Assembly (NCBI RefSeq): GCF_051062815.1
Contig: NZ_JBPFDU010000074.1
Location: 13,828 to 77,827 of the forward strand
Reading direction: 5' to 3'
Length of the DNA: 64,000 nt
Origin: Methylocystis sp.
GTDB lineage: Bacteria > Pseudomonadota > Alphaproteobacteria > Rhizobiales > Beijerinckiaceae
In this document: in pieces, positions 41,437-52,158 of the stretch
How positions within the stretch are numbered: the stretch's first letter is position 1
How the letters are laid out: each line of letters opens with the position of its first letter
Notes under the pieces: generated by a model
Told to the model about the DNA's origin: nothing
Seen by the model: the letters and a program-made list of their open reading frames with translations, nothing else
Databases searched by the model: none
Translations under genes and position numbers: made by a program

Positions 41437-42187
41437 GCCCACTATCCGCTGCGCGGGCGTCGGCAAGGCTTTCCAGCTCTATGCGCATCAGAACGATCAG
41501 CTCAAGCAGATCCTGTTTGGCCTATGGAAGAAGTTCTATAAGGACAAATGGGTTCTGCATGACGTCAATTTCACGGTTGAGAGAGGCGAGCGCGTCGGCA
41601 TCGTGGGACGCAACGGCGCCGGCAAAACAACGCTGCTGCAGATTCTGTGCGGCATTACCCAGCCAACGAAGGGCGATTTCAGGGTCGGCGGTCGTATCGC
41701 GCCAATTTTGGCGCTCGGCTCGGGCTTCGACGGCCTGTTGACGGGGCGCGAAAACGCCCGCATCGGCGCGGCGATCCTGGGGCTGTCGCGCAAGGAGGTC
41801 GACGCGTGCATCGAGGACATCGCCGCCTTCGCGGACATCGGGCCATTTTTTGAGCAGCCGATGCGCACCTATTCGATGGGCATGATCGCGCGAGTGGCTT
41901 TCGCGATCTGCGCCTACGCCAAGGCCGACGTGCTCATCGTCGATGAAGCGCTTTCGGTCGGCGACGAAATATTTCAGCGCAAGTGCGAGAAATACATCGC
42001 CGAATTCGCCAAAACCGGCACCATTCTGATGGTGTCGCACGATCTCAACTTTCTCGCCTCTCTGTGCAACCGCGTGCTCTGGCTGGAGGACGGCGTCGTG
42101 CGCGAGATCGGCGACCCGGCGAAGGTGGTCGCCGACTACCGTAAGGCGATGCGCGCCGAAGAAACTCAGGCGAGCGGCGTCGCGTAG
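41426..42187 (+). CDS. ABC polysaccharide export ATPase (Wzt-like, no C-terminal carbohydrate-binding domain)
   Basis: GRNGAGKTT, YSMGM, LIVDEALSVGD, VSHD. Confidence 0.9.
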   Translation: MSSEPTIRCAGVGKAFQLYAHQNDQLKQILFGLWKKFYKDKWVLHDVNFTVERGERVGIVGRNGAGKTTLLQILCGITQPTKGDFRVGGRIAPILALGSGFDGLLTGRENARIGAAILGLSRKEVDACIEDIAAFADIGPFFEQPMRTYSMGMIARVAFAICAYAKADVLIVDEALSVGDEIFQRKCEKYIAEFAKTGTILMVSHDLNFLASLCNRVLWLEDGVVREIGDPAKVVADYRKAMRAEETQASGVA

Positions 42188-43332
42188 GCGTCCCGCGCGG
42201 ATGAAGCGCGTTGGCCGCGAAGGCGCTTGGGCTTTGGGCTGCGGTTGAGCCGGGCAAGCAGCCAAACTGAAACGCCGACTTCGGCGAGGGCGAGCGCGGC
42301 AAGCAGCAAGACGAACAGCCCATTGATGCGCAGGAGCGATTCGAGCGCGACGAGAAAGCCGATGTGCACGGCTGGAACCGCAATCGTGGCGAGGCCTCCC
42401 GCCGCGCCACGCCGGCCGGTGATGTTCCCGAATGTCAGGACGAGCGCCATCGCGAGGAGCGTATGGGCAAAGGCGAGCGCCGGCACGCCGAAGCGCTTCG
42501 CCGCCTCGGCCGTCCACTCTCCAAGCTGGCGCGGATCGCCCCGCGCCGCAGCATAATTGGCGAGAAAGGCCCCGGCCGACAATTCATAGACGCCGCGCCA
42601 GCCCCGGTCGGGCAGCGATGCGCTGCCCTGCATCGGCAACGCCATGGCGTATTCATCGAAATTGGCGATGCGCACGTCGCCCGTCGTCAATGAGCGCGTC
42701 TGGATGCTGCCGTTGGAGAGCGCGACGATCACCCCTGATTCATTGCGGCGAAATTCCGCGCGCGCCGCCGTCACCGTCTCTTCCTGCATCTTTTCGATCG
42801 ACAGCTGACGCACGAACAGATTGACCGCAAGGTCAGGCGTCTCCCAACGCTCGATGTAGAGCGTCTTCACGCCATTGTCGAAGGTGTAGAAATGCGCCGC
42901 GTCGAGCATGCGATGGTTGAGCGAATTGCGCACGACATTGAGCACATCCTGCATGCCGCTCGAATAGTAGGGCGCCGCGAAATTGGCGAGCAGATAGCCG
43001 AGGACGACGACGCCGGCCGCCAAGACCAGCGCGGGGCGGCAGATGGCCCAGACGGAAAGGCGCAGCGCGTAGAGAACGGCGACCATGCCTTCGCTCGCCA
43101 TGCGGCCGAATTCGAGCGCGGTGGCGACGCCGACCGCCATCGGCAGCGTCACATAGGCCACGGTCGGCGTCACCCCGATCAAAGCGGGAATGACAAGGCC
43201 GCCGCGCACGGCGGCCGGCGGCAGTTGGTAAAGCAGATATGACAAGACGACCGGAATGGAGAGCGCGAACTGCACGATGAGCACGCCGAACCCGATGCGC
43301 TTGAACAGATAGCGGAACAACAGGCGCGGCAT
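42166..43332 (-). CDS. LptF/LptG-family permease
   Basis: N-terminal TM trio, beta-jellyroll-like periplasmic region, C-terminal TMs; SEGMVAVLYALRLS is similar to the LptF/G xE..A..A.G.S motif. Confidence 0.75.
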   Translation of the reverse strand: MPRLLFRYLFKRIGFGVLIVQFALSIPVVLSYLLYQLPPAAVRGGLVIPALIGVTPTVAYVTLPMAVGVATALEFGRMASEGMVAVLYALRLSVWAICRPALVLAAGVVVLGYLLANFAAPYYSSGMQDVLNVVRNSLNHRMLDAAHFYTFDNGVKTLYIERWETPDLAVNLFVRQLSIEKMQEETVTAARAEFRRNESGVIVALSNGSIQTRSLTTGDVRIANFDEYAMALPMQGSASLPDRGWRGVYELSAGAFLANYAAARGDPRQLGEWTAEAAKRFGVPALAFAHTLLAMALVLTFGNITGRRGAAGGLATIAVPAVHIGFLVALESLLRINGLFVLLLAALALAEVGVSVWLLARLNRSPKPKRLRGQRASSARDAYATPLA

Positions 43333-43454
43333 GGCGGGGGCTCCGCGCTATCGCTCGGCGTCGCGCCGAGCGGCAAAGAAAGCTCGCGTCGCGACGCCCA
43401 AGCGGAAGAGCGGCGCGCTGGAGTCAAGCCGCGCACGATGCGAGACGCCGCGCG

Positions 43455-44348
43455 TCATTGCTTGAACCTCGCCCAGGCGGCCTGCGAATAATGCGTCCAC
43501 GCCTCATCGAACACGCCATTCTTCGGCAGCGCTGTCGCGCCGGCCCAATGCGCGAAATAGATCTCCTTGCCTTCGTAGTCGACGGGCTTGCCGTTCTTAA
43601 ATTCTACGCCTGGCGCCTTGTAGAAGCTTTCGTGGGAGGCGCCCGCGATGACATTCGGCAAAAGCTCGATTTTCAGGCCCCGGCGGTGCGTGACGAAATT
43701 GACGAGCGGCTGAGCGAAGAGCTGACCGCGCTTGCGCACGTCATGGAAAATTACGGCGTCGTCGCGGATCGTATTGATGAAATCGGACAGCTTCAGATAT
43801 TGGTTCGATGTGACCCAGAAGCCGTCATTGAAGAGGAGCGCGTCCTTGAGAAACGGATAGTGGTCGCGCCTGTCGTTGTAGACATATTCGAAGCTCGGCG
43901 AGGCGACGATGAACTCCGTCTTGCCCTTGTCCAGACGGCCGAACAGCGGCGTGAAGTCGCGAAACAGAATGACGTCCACGTCGACATAGGCGACTTCATC
44001 AAGCGGCAGCGCGAGCGCTTGCAGCTTTCGCAGCCGACGGCGGTTGGCGTTGAAGATGCCGGGATATAGTTCGTGCGAGAGCTTGTCGATTTCGGTCGGC
44101 TCTTCGCCGACGTAATGCGCCCCGTAAATTTCCGCGGCGCGGCGCGTCATGCCAACATTGTCGTCATAGGGAATGAGATAAAGCGGCAGCGCGGAATTTG
44201 TGTCTTGGTAGCTTTCGAGAAAAGGGAGCAGCCAGTCGATGATTTTGTCATTGCCGACAATGGCGACGCCGTATCGCTTGGCGGGGGCGGGGCTGGCCCC
44301 CGCGGCGCCCTCGGGCGATAAGACTGGATTTGGAACGTGAAGCCTCAT
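43455..44348 (-). CDS. Putative GT-A fold glycosyltransferase (GT8-like)
   Basis: AYVDVDVILF DxD motif, FNDGFW, AQPLVN, FAHWAG; start trimmed to ATG 44348. Confidence 0.6.
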   Translation of the reverse strand: MRLHVPNPVLSPEGAAGASPAPAKRYGVAIVGNDKIIDWLLPFLESYQDTNSALPLYLIPYDDNVGMTRRAAEIYGAHYVGEEPTEIDKLSHELYPGIFNANRRRLRKLQALALPLDEVAYVDVDVILFRDFTPLFGRLDKGKTEFIVASPSFEYVYNDRRDHYPFLKDALLFNDGFWVTSNQYLKLSDFINTIRDDAVIFHDVRKRGQLFAQPLVNFVTHRRGLKIELLPNVIAGASHESFYKAPGVEFKNGKPVDYEGKEIYFAHWAGATALPKNGVFDEAWTHYSQAAWARFKQ

Positions 44349-44530
44349 ATAGGGGATGTATTTGAAAATGGCGGGCAAAAGCAAGGGGCGGCTCGGCATT
44401 GAGGGAAGATGCGGGTCGGGACGCCTCAATCTGAAACAGCAGCGAGTCGGCGCGCCTGAGAGGCCGAGCGCGCGATTTTCGTAAGGCATTTGAGAACGAT
44501 CGACCATGTTGCAGCACGATGTCTGATACG

Positions 44531-45796
44531 ATGGGCCACATTTCGTCATTCGCGGCGCGCCGGGCGGAGACCGCCGGCCCGCCGGCGCGGCCTTTTGCTG
44601 GCAAAACCGTCGCCGTGGTTCATGCCGCTTGGCACAGTTGCGGCAGTTATCAGGTGAACATCAGTCAGATCGCCGCCTATAAGGCGCTTGGCGCGCGCGT
44701 CGTGTCTGTCGCGATGATGGACGATCTCGCGCCCCGTCCACCGCGCGGCGGGCGCTGGACAACCTATTTTGAGGCGTCGCGCGACATCGGCGCCGATCGC
44801 CGCTTCTATTCGGGCGCGCCGTTCTCCGCCTTGGCGTCCCGGTTGCTCGTCGATGGCTGGTGGCGACTGATCCACGGCGATCAGGCGTCATGGCTCATCG
44901 AACTCGCAAAGCGCGCGCCCTTGCCCGAAGGATTCGAGAGCGAGTCGATCGACTTCATTCACGCCAATCATTACTTCACGCTGCCCTTCGCGGAAACGCT
45001 GATGCGCGGCCGTAAAGTTCCAGTCGTTCTGGAGACGCAGGACATTCAGGCGCGCCAATATGTGTTGCGCAACAAGGGCGGGTTCTTCGTCACGCCCCAT
45101 GCGACTTACGACGACATGCTCGAGGTCGAACTCTCATGGATGCGCCACGCCGATCTTTGCGCGCATCTCAACGAGGAAGAGCATCGCGATTTTCAGAAGC
45201 TCCTTCCGGAGTTGCGACATGCGCTCATCTATCCGGCGGTGGCGTCGGCGCCCTTGGCGCGCGGACGCGACATCATCATCGTGGCCAGCGACAATTATGC
45301 CAATTACATGAGCCTTCGCTGGTTCTTGCAGGAGGTCATGCCCTTTGCGGGCGGCGCCCGCGTCGCGATCTACGGCAATATCGACGGCGGCGTGAAGAGA
45401 CGCGACGCGGCGCTCTATGAGTCGCATCGCGCCTTGTTCAAAGGCCGCGTTGACGACATCGGCGCGGTTTACGCCAATGCCGGCTGCGTGCTGCTCCCGA
45501 CTGTTGAAGGCCACGGCCTGTCGATCAAGGCGGTCGAGGCGCTCTCCAGTGGCGCGCCCCTGATCGCGGCCCCGCTGGCGTTCCGCGGCATGCAGGTCAA
45601 TCCCGCCAAATTGGGAAATGTCGCTCTCGCCGAAAACGCCAGGCAATTTGCGGCGTTATGGCGTGACGCTCAGGCGCGGGCCGAAAGCGGAGAACCTGCA
45701 GAGCCGGAGCGAAGCGATACGCGCCGCCTGTACGAAGACGCGTTCAGCCCCGAAGCCTATGCGCGCGCTTTGGCGATGGCCGCCGCAACGCTCTGA
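44531..45796 (+). CDS. Putative GT-B glycosyltransferase (GT4-like), paralog 1
   Basis: HAAWHSCGSY N-terminus; LLPTVEGHGLSIKAVEALSSG. Confidence 0.7.
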   Translation: MGHISSFAARRAETAGPPARPFAGKTVAVVHAAWHSCGSYQVNISQIAAYKALGARVVSVAMMDDLAPRPPRGGRWTTYFEASRDIGADRRFYSGAPFSALASRLLVDGWWRLIHGDQASWLIELAKRAPLPEGFESESIDFIHANHYFTLPFAETLMRGRKVPVVLETQDIQARQYVLRNKGGFFVTPHATYDDMLEVELSWMRHADLCAHLNEEEHRDFQKLLPELRHALIYPAVASAPLARGRDIIIVASDNYANYMSLRWFLQEVMPFAGGARVAIYGNIDGGVKRRDAALYESHRALFKGRVDDIGAVYANAGCVLLPTVEGHGLSIKAVEALSSGAPLIAAPLAFRGMQVNPAKLGNVALAENARQFAALWRDAQARAESGEPAEPERSDTRRLYEDAFSPEAYARALAMAAATL

Positions 45797-45880
45797 ATCA
45801 GGCCCCGTAAAGCTACGCGGTAATTGTCGGAACAGTTGAACTCTGCTTAGGCTGCGGCTCGCGGAAGCTGGAGGAACGGG

Positions 45881-47146
45881 TTGAGAGCATCAAGTGATTG
45901 CTTGGCCTGCGCGCAGCGTCCGCTTCTTGGCCGGCGCGTCGCGCTGATCCACCCGGCTTGGCACTCCTGCGGCACCTATCGCGTCGTCCTTGGCCAGATC
46001 GCCGCCTATCGCGCGCTGGGGGCCGAAGTTTTTCCGATCGCGGTCAGTTCCGATCCAGGCTTCGTTCCGGGCCGGAACTGGCTTTGGAAATCTTTCAACC
46101 AGGCGACTCCGGAACTTGATGGCGGCGCGCGCTATTACGGCGGCGCGCCGGTCCACGCGATGCTCTCGCCCCTTTTTTTGCGTCACGTGCTGTGGCCCTA
46201 TCTCCATGGCGATCAGGCGGTGGTGCGTCTCGCCATGGCGGAGCGCGCGCGGCTGTCGCGCGCGATCGAGGGCGCGACTTTCGATCTCGTTCACTGCAAT
46301 CACTTTTTTCTGATGCCGATTGCGCGCCGTCTCGCGCGCGGCGCCGCGCCGATCCTGCTCGACACGCATGATCTGCAGGCGCGGCAATTCGCGCTGATCA
46401 ACGAAACAAAGTTCTGGCTTTCCCCACGCGCCTCCTATGAATCGATGTTGGCGCAGGAACTTGAGGCGATGCGCGGCGCCGATCTGCTGCTGCATCTCAA
46501 TGCGCAGGAGGCCGAAGACTTTCGCGCGTTGGTTCCAGAGAAGGCGCATGCGCTGCTCTATCCCGCAACGCCTGAGGCGCCGACCGGTCCCGGCGGGCCG
46601 GACATCATTCTTGTCGCGAGCAACAACACCGCCAATGTCGAAAGCGTCGTCTGGTTTTTGCGCGAAGTCGCGCCGAAAGCGCCGGGCGTCACGGTGAAGA
46701 TCGTCGGCAACGTCGACGCCGGGGTGCGTTCAAAGGCGCCGGAGCAATACGCCGCTTATAAGGACTGGTTTCTGGGCCGGGTGGAAGATCCCGGCGCCGT
46801 CTACGCGAACGCCCGCCTCGCGCTGCTTCCGACGATCAGCGGAACTGGACTTTCGATCAAAACGGTCGAAGCGCTGTCGAGCGGCCTGCCGCTGATCGCC
46901 ACCAGGCAGGCGATGCGCGGGATGGATGAGGAAGCGTTGAGCCTTCCTGGCGTCGTCATTGTCGATTCGGCTCAAGAATTCGCCGACGCGCTGAGCCGGG
47001 CGGTCGCCAGCGCGCCTTTGGACGAAGCGGGGCGGCGCGGCAGCCCGGCGCGCCGCTATTACGAGTCGCGGCTTTCGCTCGCGGCCTATAAGGCGAGCCT
47101 CGGCGTCCTCGCAGCGGCGCTGATCAGCGCCGGATCAGGGGAGTAG
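45881..47146 (+). CDS. Putative GT-B glycosyltransferase (GT4-like), paralog 2
   Basis: HPAWHSCGTY; LLPTISGTGLSIKTVEALSSG; start uncertain. Confidence 0.7.
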   Translation: MRASSDCLACAQRPLLGRRVALIHPAWHSCGTYRVVLGQIAAYRALGAEVFPIAVSSDPGFVPGRNWLWKSFNQATPELDGGARYYGGAPVHAMLSPLFLRHVLWPYLHGDQAVVRLAMAERARLSRAIEGATFDLVHCNHFFLMPIARRLARGAAPILLDTHDLQARQFALINETKFWLSPRASYESMLAQELEAMRGADLLLHLNAQEAEDFRALVPEKAHALLYPATPEAPTGPGGPDIILVASNNTANVESVVWFLREVAPKAPGVTVKIVGNVDAGVRSKAPEQYAAYKDWFLGRVEDPGAVYANARLALLPTISGTGLSIKTVEALSSGLPLIATRQAMRGMDEEALSLPGVVIVDSAQEFADALSRAVASAPLDEAGRRGSPARRYYESRLSLAAYKASLGVLAAALISAGSGE

Positions 47147-47314
47147 ATTCCGGGAAAATCAGCATGTTGCGCGAAAGTGTGTCCCATCGGCAACGGCGCC
47201 CGAAAAACGCCGTTGCATGCCTTTGCGGTAATTACGTCTTAGGTTTGATGGTGATACTTTGCATTCGAAACTGCCGTTCGTCCCAAGCGGACGAGCTTAT
47301 TGGAGGCGCCTCGG

Positions 47315-48085
47315 ATGACTTTCAGAACTTATATTGTTGGCGCCTTTGCGTCGGTGCTGGCGGTGAGCGCCGTTTCGGCGGCTGACCTCCCGATTTACAA
47401 GGCTCCGCCGCCTCCGCCGCCGCCGCCGGTCTTCAGCTGGGAAGGCTTCCACATCGGCATCAGCGGCTCTTACGCCGGCGGCGTTTCCAGCCAATATTCG
47501 CAAACCTACTTGCTGACGCCCGGATCCCTCCTGGCGATTCCGACAGCGACTTCGTTCGGCACGAGCGGATATTTGGTCGGTTACCAGAACGGCTATAACT
47601 GGGTGTTCGCCAACGGTCTCGTCGCTGGTTACGAAAGCGAATTCAACTACGCCGACGTTCGTGCGACGAATGCGGGCTCCTCTTTCGGAGGCGGCGCCAG
47701 CAGCCGCCTGCAATGGTTTGGCATGGAGCGCCTGCGCTTCGGCTACGCCTTCGGCCGGTTTCTGCCTTACATCACTGGCGGCCTGGCCTATGGCAAGGTG
47801 CGTCCCTATGGCCAGCAGGGTGTGTTCCCCGTCAGCCAGTCCGTGTGGCAGGGCGGTTTCGCCATCGGCGCCGGCATCGAATACGCCATCCTCGACAATT
47901 GGACCGTCAAGGCGGAGTACATCTTCACCCGCATGAAGGGGGCCAGCAGCGCGAACCTCGCCTTCCCGATCGGTTACCGCACCGGCACCGGCAACTACCT
48001 GGATACGAACATCGCCCGCATCGGCGTGAATTATCAGGTCAAGAGCTTCGGCGCGCTGATCGGCATGCCTGAACTCGGCCTCTGA
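47315..48085 (+). CDS. Omp25/RopB-like outer-membrane beta-barrel protein
   Basis: Signal peptide, ADLPIYKAPPPP, FSWEGFHIG, RFGYAFGRFLPY, GAGIEYA, IGVNY. Confidence 0.88.
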   Translation: MTFRTYIVGAFASVLAVSAVSAADLPIYKAPPPPPPPPVFSWEGFHIGISGSYAGGVSSQYSQTYLLTPGSLLAIPTATSFGTSGYLVGYQNGYNWVFANGLVAGYESEFNYADVRATNAGSSFGGGASSRLQWFGMERLRFGYAFGRFLPYITGGLAYGKVRPYGQQGVFPVSQSVWQGGFAIGAGIEYAILDNWTVKAEYIFTRMKGASSANLAFPIGYRTGTGNYLDTNIARIGVNYQVKSFGALIGMPELGL

Positions 48086-48109
48086 TCGACCGTCCTCCCC
48101 GACGTCGAC

Positions 48110-48139
48110 AAAGCCCGGCCGCGCAGCCGGGCTTTTTTT
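48110..48139 (+). terminator. Intrinsic terminator after the omp gene
   Basis: AAAGCCCGGC/GCCGGGCTTT stem plus T7. Confidence 0.85.
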
Positions 48140-48169
48140 GTTGGCGCTCCGATGCGATATTCTCGTGGA

Positions 48170-49255
48170 ATGATCCGCAACGCCCCGCTTGCCCACCCTT
48201 CGGCTCTGAGCCTCGCGCAGCTCAGCGAGCGCTCCCGCGAAATCTTCAGGCATATCGTCGACAGCTATCTCGCCTCAGGCGATCCGGTCGGCTCGCGCAA
48301 TCTCGCCCGGCTCCTGCCGATGACGCTGTCGCCCGCCTCGGTGCGCAATGTCATGCAGGATCTGGAGGAGCTCGGCCTCATCTATGCGCCGCATACGAGC
48401 GCCGGACGTCTTCCAACCGAGCTTGGCCTGCGCTTTTTCGTCGATTCCATGCTGCAGATCGGCGACGTTGAGGAGAATGAGCGCGCGCGCATCGCCGCCG
48501 AAGTTGAAGCGGCTTCCAAAGACCATGATTTTCCCGGCGTCCTCGCGGAAGCGACCAGTCTGCTGTCGGGCCTGACGCGCGTCGCCGGCGTCGTCGTCGC
48601 CTCCAAGGACAATGTGCGCTTAAAGCAGATCGATTTCGTTCGGCTCGAGCCCGAGCGGGCTCTGGTCATTCTGGTCGCCGACGACGGATCGGTCGAAAAC
48701 CGCGTGATTCCCGTCGCACGCGATCTCCCGGCCTCAGCGCTTACGGAAGCAGCGAACTATCTGAATGCGCGCGTCTGCGGACGGACCATCGCTGAAGCGC
48801 GCGAGAACATTGAAGGCTCGCGCCGGGCCGCGCAAATGGAGCTTGACGAACTCGCGGCGCGGATTGTCGAAGCCGGGCTGGCGACCTGGGCGGGCGCCAT
48901 GGGCGAATCGCGGCAGCTGATCGTCCGGGGGCAGGCGCATCTTCTTGAGGACCTGACCGCCGCCGTCGACCTCGAACGCGTTCGGCTCCTGTTCGCGGAT
49001 TTGGAAACGAAGACGGAGGTCATCGACCTGCTGGAACGCGCCGAGCTAGGCGAAGGGGTCCGCATCTTCATCGGCTCGGAGAACAAGCTGTTCTCGCTCT
49101 CTGGCTCATCGATGATTGCTGCGCCGCTGCGCGACAGCGAACGCCGGATCATCGGCGCGCTCGGCGTCATCGGCCCGACCCGGATCAACTACGCTCGGAT
49201 CGTGCCCATGGTCGACTATACGGCCAGGGTCGTGGCGCGAGTCATCGGAGGGTAA
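48170..49255 (+). CDS. hrcA: Heat-inducible transcription repressor HrcA
   Basis: [40 protein letters not shown]. Confidence 0.95.
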   Translation: MIRNAPLAHPSALSLAQLSERSREIFRHIVDSYLASGDPVGSRNLARLLPMTLSPASVRNVMQDLEELGLIYAPHTSAGRLPTELGLRFFVDSMLQIGDVEENERARIAAEVEAASKDHDFPGVLAEATSLLSGLTRVAGVVVASKDNVRLKQIDFVRLEPERALVILVADDGSVENRVIPVARDLPASALTEAANYLNARVCGRTIAEARENIEGSRRAAQMELDELAARIVEAGLATWAGAMGESRQLIVRGQAHLLEDLTAAVDLERVRLLFADLETKTEVIDLLERAELGEGVRIFIGSENKLFSLSGSSMIAAPLRDSERRIIGALGVIGPTRINYARIVPMVDYTARVVARVIGG

Positions 49256-49292
49256 AGCGGCTGCTCAGGCGGAGCGGGCGACAGGCGACGGG

Positions 49293-51536
49293 TCACGAAA
49301 AATTCTGCGGGTCGACGTCCACCTGAACGCGCACGCCGCCGCGCTCCTTCGGTCCGCCCGCGAGCATGTCGCGCAGAAACGCCTGCATGTCGGCGCCGCG
49401 TGGTCCTTTGGCCAGCAAGCGGAATCGATAGCGGCCGCGGATGAGCGCGATGGGCGCCTCCGCCGGACCGAGCAGCGCGATCTCATTTTCTTCCGGCCAG
49501 GCGCCGGGCGCGGCGACTCTATAGCGCGGCGATGGCGGCAGTTCATGCGCGGCGCGCGCGAGGGCGCGCGCATGCGCTTCCGCCGTGGCGGCGTCCTTGG
49601 CGGAAACGATCAGCGCGGCGAGACGGCCGAAGGGCGGCAGTCCAGCGCGTTCACGTATGGCGATCTCCTGTTCGTAGAACTTTTCCGCGTCTCCCGAGAG
49701 AAGCGCCGTGATCACCGGATGCGACGGGTGAAACGTCTGGATCAGCGCCTGGCCGGGCTTGTCGCCGCGCCCGGCGCGCCCTGTGACCTGATTGAGCAGC
49801 TGAAATGTGCGCTCAGCGGCGCGCGGATCGCCGCTGCCCAAGCCCAGATCCGCGTCGACCACGCCGACAAGCGTCAGATGCGGAAAATTGTGGCCTTTGG
49901 CGACGAGTTGCGTCCCGATGACGATGTCGAAGGTCCCCTTTGCAATCTCCTCCAGTTCGCGCCGCAGCCGATCGGCGCCGCCGGGAAAATCCGACGAGAG
50001 GACGAGTATGCGCGCATCCGGAAACAGCGTCGCCGCTTCCTCGGCAAGTCGCTCGACCCCCGGTCCGCAAGCGGCGAGCGAGTCCTCGCTGCCGCACTCC
50101 GGGCACCGGTCTGGACGGCGCTCGATATGGCCGCAGTGATGGCACATCAGCGCGCGGCGGAAGCGATGCTCGACGAGCCAGGCGTCGCAGTTTTCGCAGC
50201 GGAAGCGATGGCCGCATGTGCGGCAAACCGTTAGCGGCGCATAGCCCCGCCGATTGAGGAAAAGCAGCGCCTGCTCGCCGCGCGCGATGGTTTCGCCGAC
50301 GGCCAACGCCAGCCGCGGCGCGATCCATCGGCCGCGCGGCGGGCCTTCCTTGCGCATGTCGATCGCTTCGAGCGTCGGCATGAGGCGCGCCCGCGCCCGC
50401 GAATCGAGTCTCAGATAACCGTAGCGGCCGCGCATGGCGTTGACGCGGGTTTCGATGGAGGGCGTCGCCGAGGCGAGAACGATCGTGGCCTCCTCCATCC
50501 GCGCGCGCACGACCGCCATGTCGCGCGCGTGATAGCTCGCGCCGTCATCTTGTTTGTAGGCGCCTTCATGCTCCTCATCGACGACGATCAGCCGCAAATC
50601 CGAAAAGGGCAGGAACAGCGCCGAGCGCGCGCCGACGACCACGCGAACGTCGCCCGTCGCGCAGCCGCGCCAGATGCGCGCGCGTTTGCGCGCCCCGACG
50701 CCGGAATGCCACTCGGCGGGCTTTTCGCCGAAACGGTCCGCGAAACGCTCAAGAAATTGAGTCGTGAGCGCGATTTCCGGCATCATGACGAGCGCCTGTC
50801 CGCCGGCCTCCAGCGCCTGGGCGATCGCCTCGAAATAGACCTCGGTTTTGCCCGAACCGGTGACGCCTTCGAGCAGAAAAGGCTTGAACGCCCGCGGCGA
50901 AAGCGACGCCTTCAGCGCGTCGGCGGCGTCCTGTTGCGCGGGCTCCAGCACCGGCGCGGCGAACAGAGGATCGAGCGGCGGCGAAATCGGCGCCGGCGGC
51001 GCCGCGATCGCCTCCAGCGCGCCCTCGTCGACAAGCGCGTCGATGACGCCTGTCGAGCAGGCGGCGGCTTCGGCAAGCGCTTTCTTGGCGAAAGCAACGC
51101 CGCCTGCCGCGGCTTTGAGGACGCGGGCGCGCGTGGGCGTAAAACGTTCCGGGACATTGCCCGTCGCGCGATAGAGAATGCGCGGCGCCTCGGGTCCGGC
51201 CTCTTCCGCCGCGCGCGTGGCGAGCCGTAGCGCCATGCCGCGGGCGGTGAGCGTGTAGCGCGCAAGCCAGTCGATGAAGCCGCGCAGCTTTTGCGGAAGC
51301 GGCGGCCGGTCGAGACGGGCGCTGATCGTCTTGAGATTCCCGCCCGGGCCGGAGTCGCCATCGATGCTCCAGACGACGCCATATGCCTCCCGGCGTCCCA
51401 AGGGCGCGGTGACGCTGTCGCCGGGCGAAAGCCGCATCGCCGCCGGGGCGAGGTAGGAATAGGTCGAATCGACGGCGACGGGCGCCAAGATCTCGACGAC
51501 TCGCGCTCTTTCTTCCTCGTCCTGCGCCGCGCTCAT
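49293..51536 (-). CDS. priA: Primosomal protein N'
   Basis: GVTGSGKT, VDEEH, SATPS, two CxxC pairs, GTQLVAKG, VDVDPQNF. Confidence 0.97.
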   Translation of the reverse strand: MSAAQDEEERARVVEILAPVAVDSTYSYLAPAAMRLSPGDSVTAPLGRREAYGVVWSIDGDSGPGGNLKTISARLDRPPLPQKLRGFIDWLARYTLTARGMALRLATRAAEEAGPEAPRILYRATGNVPERFTPTRARVLKAAAGGVAFAKKALAEAAACSTGVIDALVDEGALEAIAAPPAPISPPLDPLFAAPVLEPAQQDAADALKASLSPRAFKPFLLEGVTGSGKTEVYFEAIAQALEAGGQALVMMPEIALTTQFLERFADRFGEKPAEWHSGVGARKRARIWRGCATGDVRVVVGARSALFLPFSDLRLIVVDEEHEGAYKQDDGASYHARDMAVVRARMEEATIVLASATPSIETRVNAMRGRYGYLRLDSRARARLMPTLEAIDMRKEGPPRGRWIAPRLALAVGETIARGEQALLFLNRRGYAPLTVCRTCGHRFRCENCDAWLVEHRFRRALMCHHCGHIERRPDRCPECGSEDSLAACGPGVERLAEEAATLFPDARILVLSSDFPGGADRLRRELEEIAKGTFDIVIGTQLVAKGHNFPHLTLVGVVDADLGLGSGDPRAAERTFQLLNQVTGRAGRGDKPGQALIQTFHPSHPVITALLSGDAEKFYEQEIAIRERAGLPPFGRLAALIVSAKDAATAEAHARALARAAHELPPSPRYRVAAPGAWPEENEIALLGPAEAPIALIRGRYRFRLLAKGPRGADMQAFLRDMLAGGPKERGGVRVQVDVDPQNFS

Positions 51537-51636
51537 GCCGAGGGCTTAATCCATTTCCGGTGCTCAGCGAAAATTTTCTGGAACGAAGCGGCGCGCGACC
51601 GGGTTCGAGTATCTCAACGTCTCCACGGAGCCTTCG

Positions 51637-52128
51637 ATGGAAAAATTGTCGCGCATCGGTCTGTCAGCGCTTGTGACCGGAAGCGTCGCAAGCGTCATCT
51701 CTACGGCCGCACTGGCGGCGCTGGCGAAGCTTGAAGGCAGGGGCGCGCTCGAGCCGACCAACGCCACCAGCCATTGGCTTTGGGGGCGCAAATCGCGCGG
51801 CCGGCGCGACATCGACGCCGCACACACCGCGGTGGGCTACGCGACGCATCACGCATCGGCCGTCTTCTGGGCCTTGCCCTTCGAGGCTTGGCTCGCGATG
51901 CAGCCGCCCCGCTCAACGTTCGAACTGATCGGCGATGCGGCGATGATGTCGGGAATCGCCGCCACCGTCGATTATGGCGTCGCGCCAAAGCGCATCACGC
52001 CAGGCTGGGAGCTCGCCTTGTCGGATCGCTCGATGGTTGCGGCCTTTGCCGCCTTGGCGGTCGGTCTGGCCTGCGGCGCGGCGGCGTCTCGCGCGCTTCT
52101 GGGGGAAGCGGAGCTAGAGCCAAGGTAG
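51637..52128 (+). CDS. Hypothetical membrane protein
   Basis: 163 aa with several hydrophobic segments; NATSHWLWG, DY...PKRITPGWE. Confidence 0.7.
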   Translation: MEKLSRIGLSALVTGSVASVISTAALAALAKLEGRGALEPTNATSHWLWGRKSRGRRDIDAAHTAVGYATHHASAVFWALPFEAWLAMQPPRSTFELIGDAAMMSGIAATVDYGVAPKRITPGWELALSDRSMVAAFAALAVGLACGAAASRALLGEAELEPR

Positions 52129-52158
52129 CGACTCCGGCCATATGTCGGCGCAATTGAA

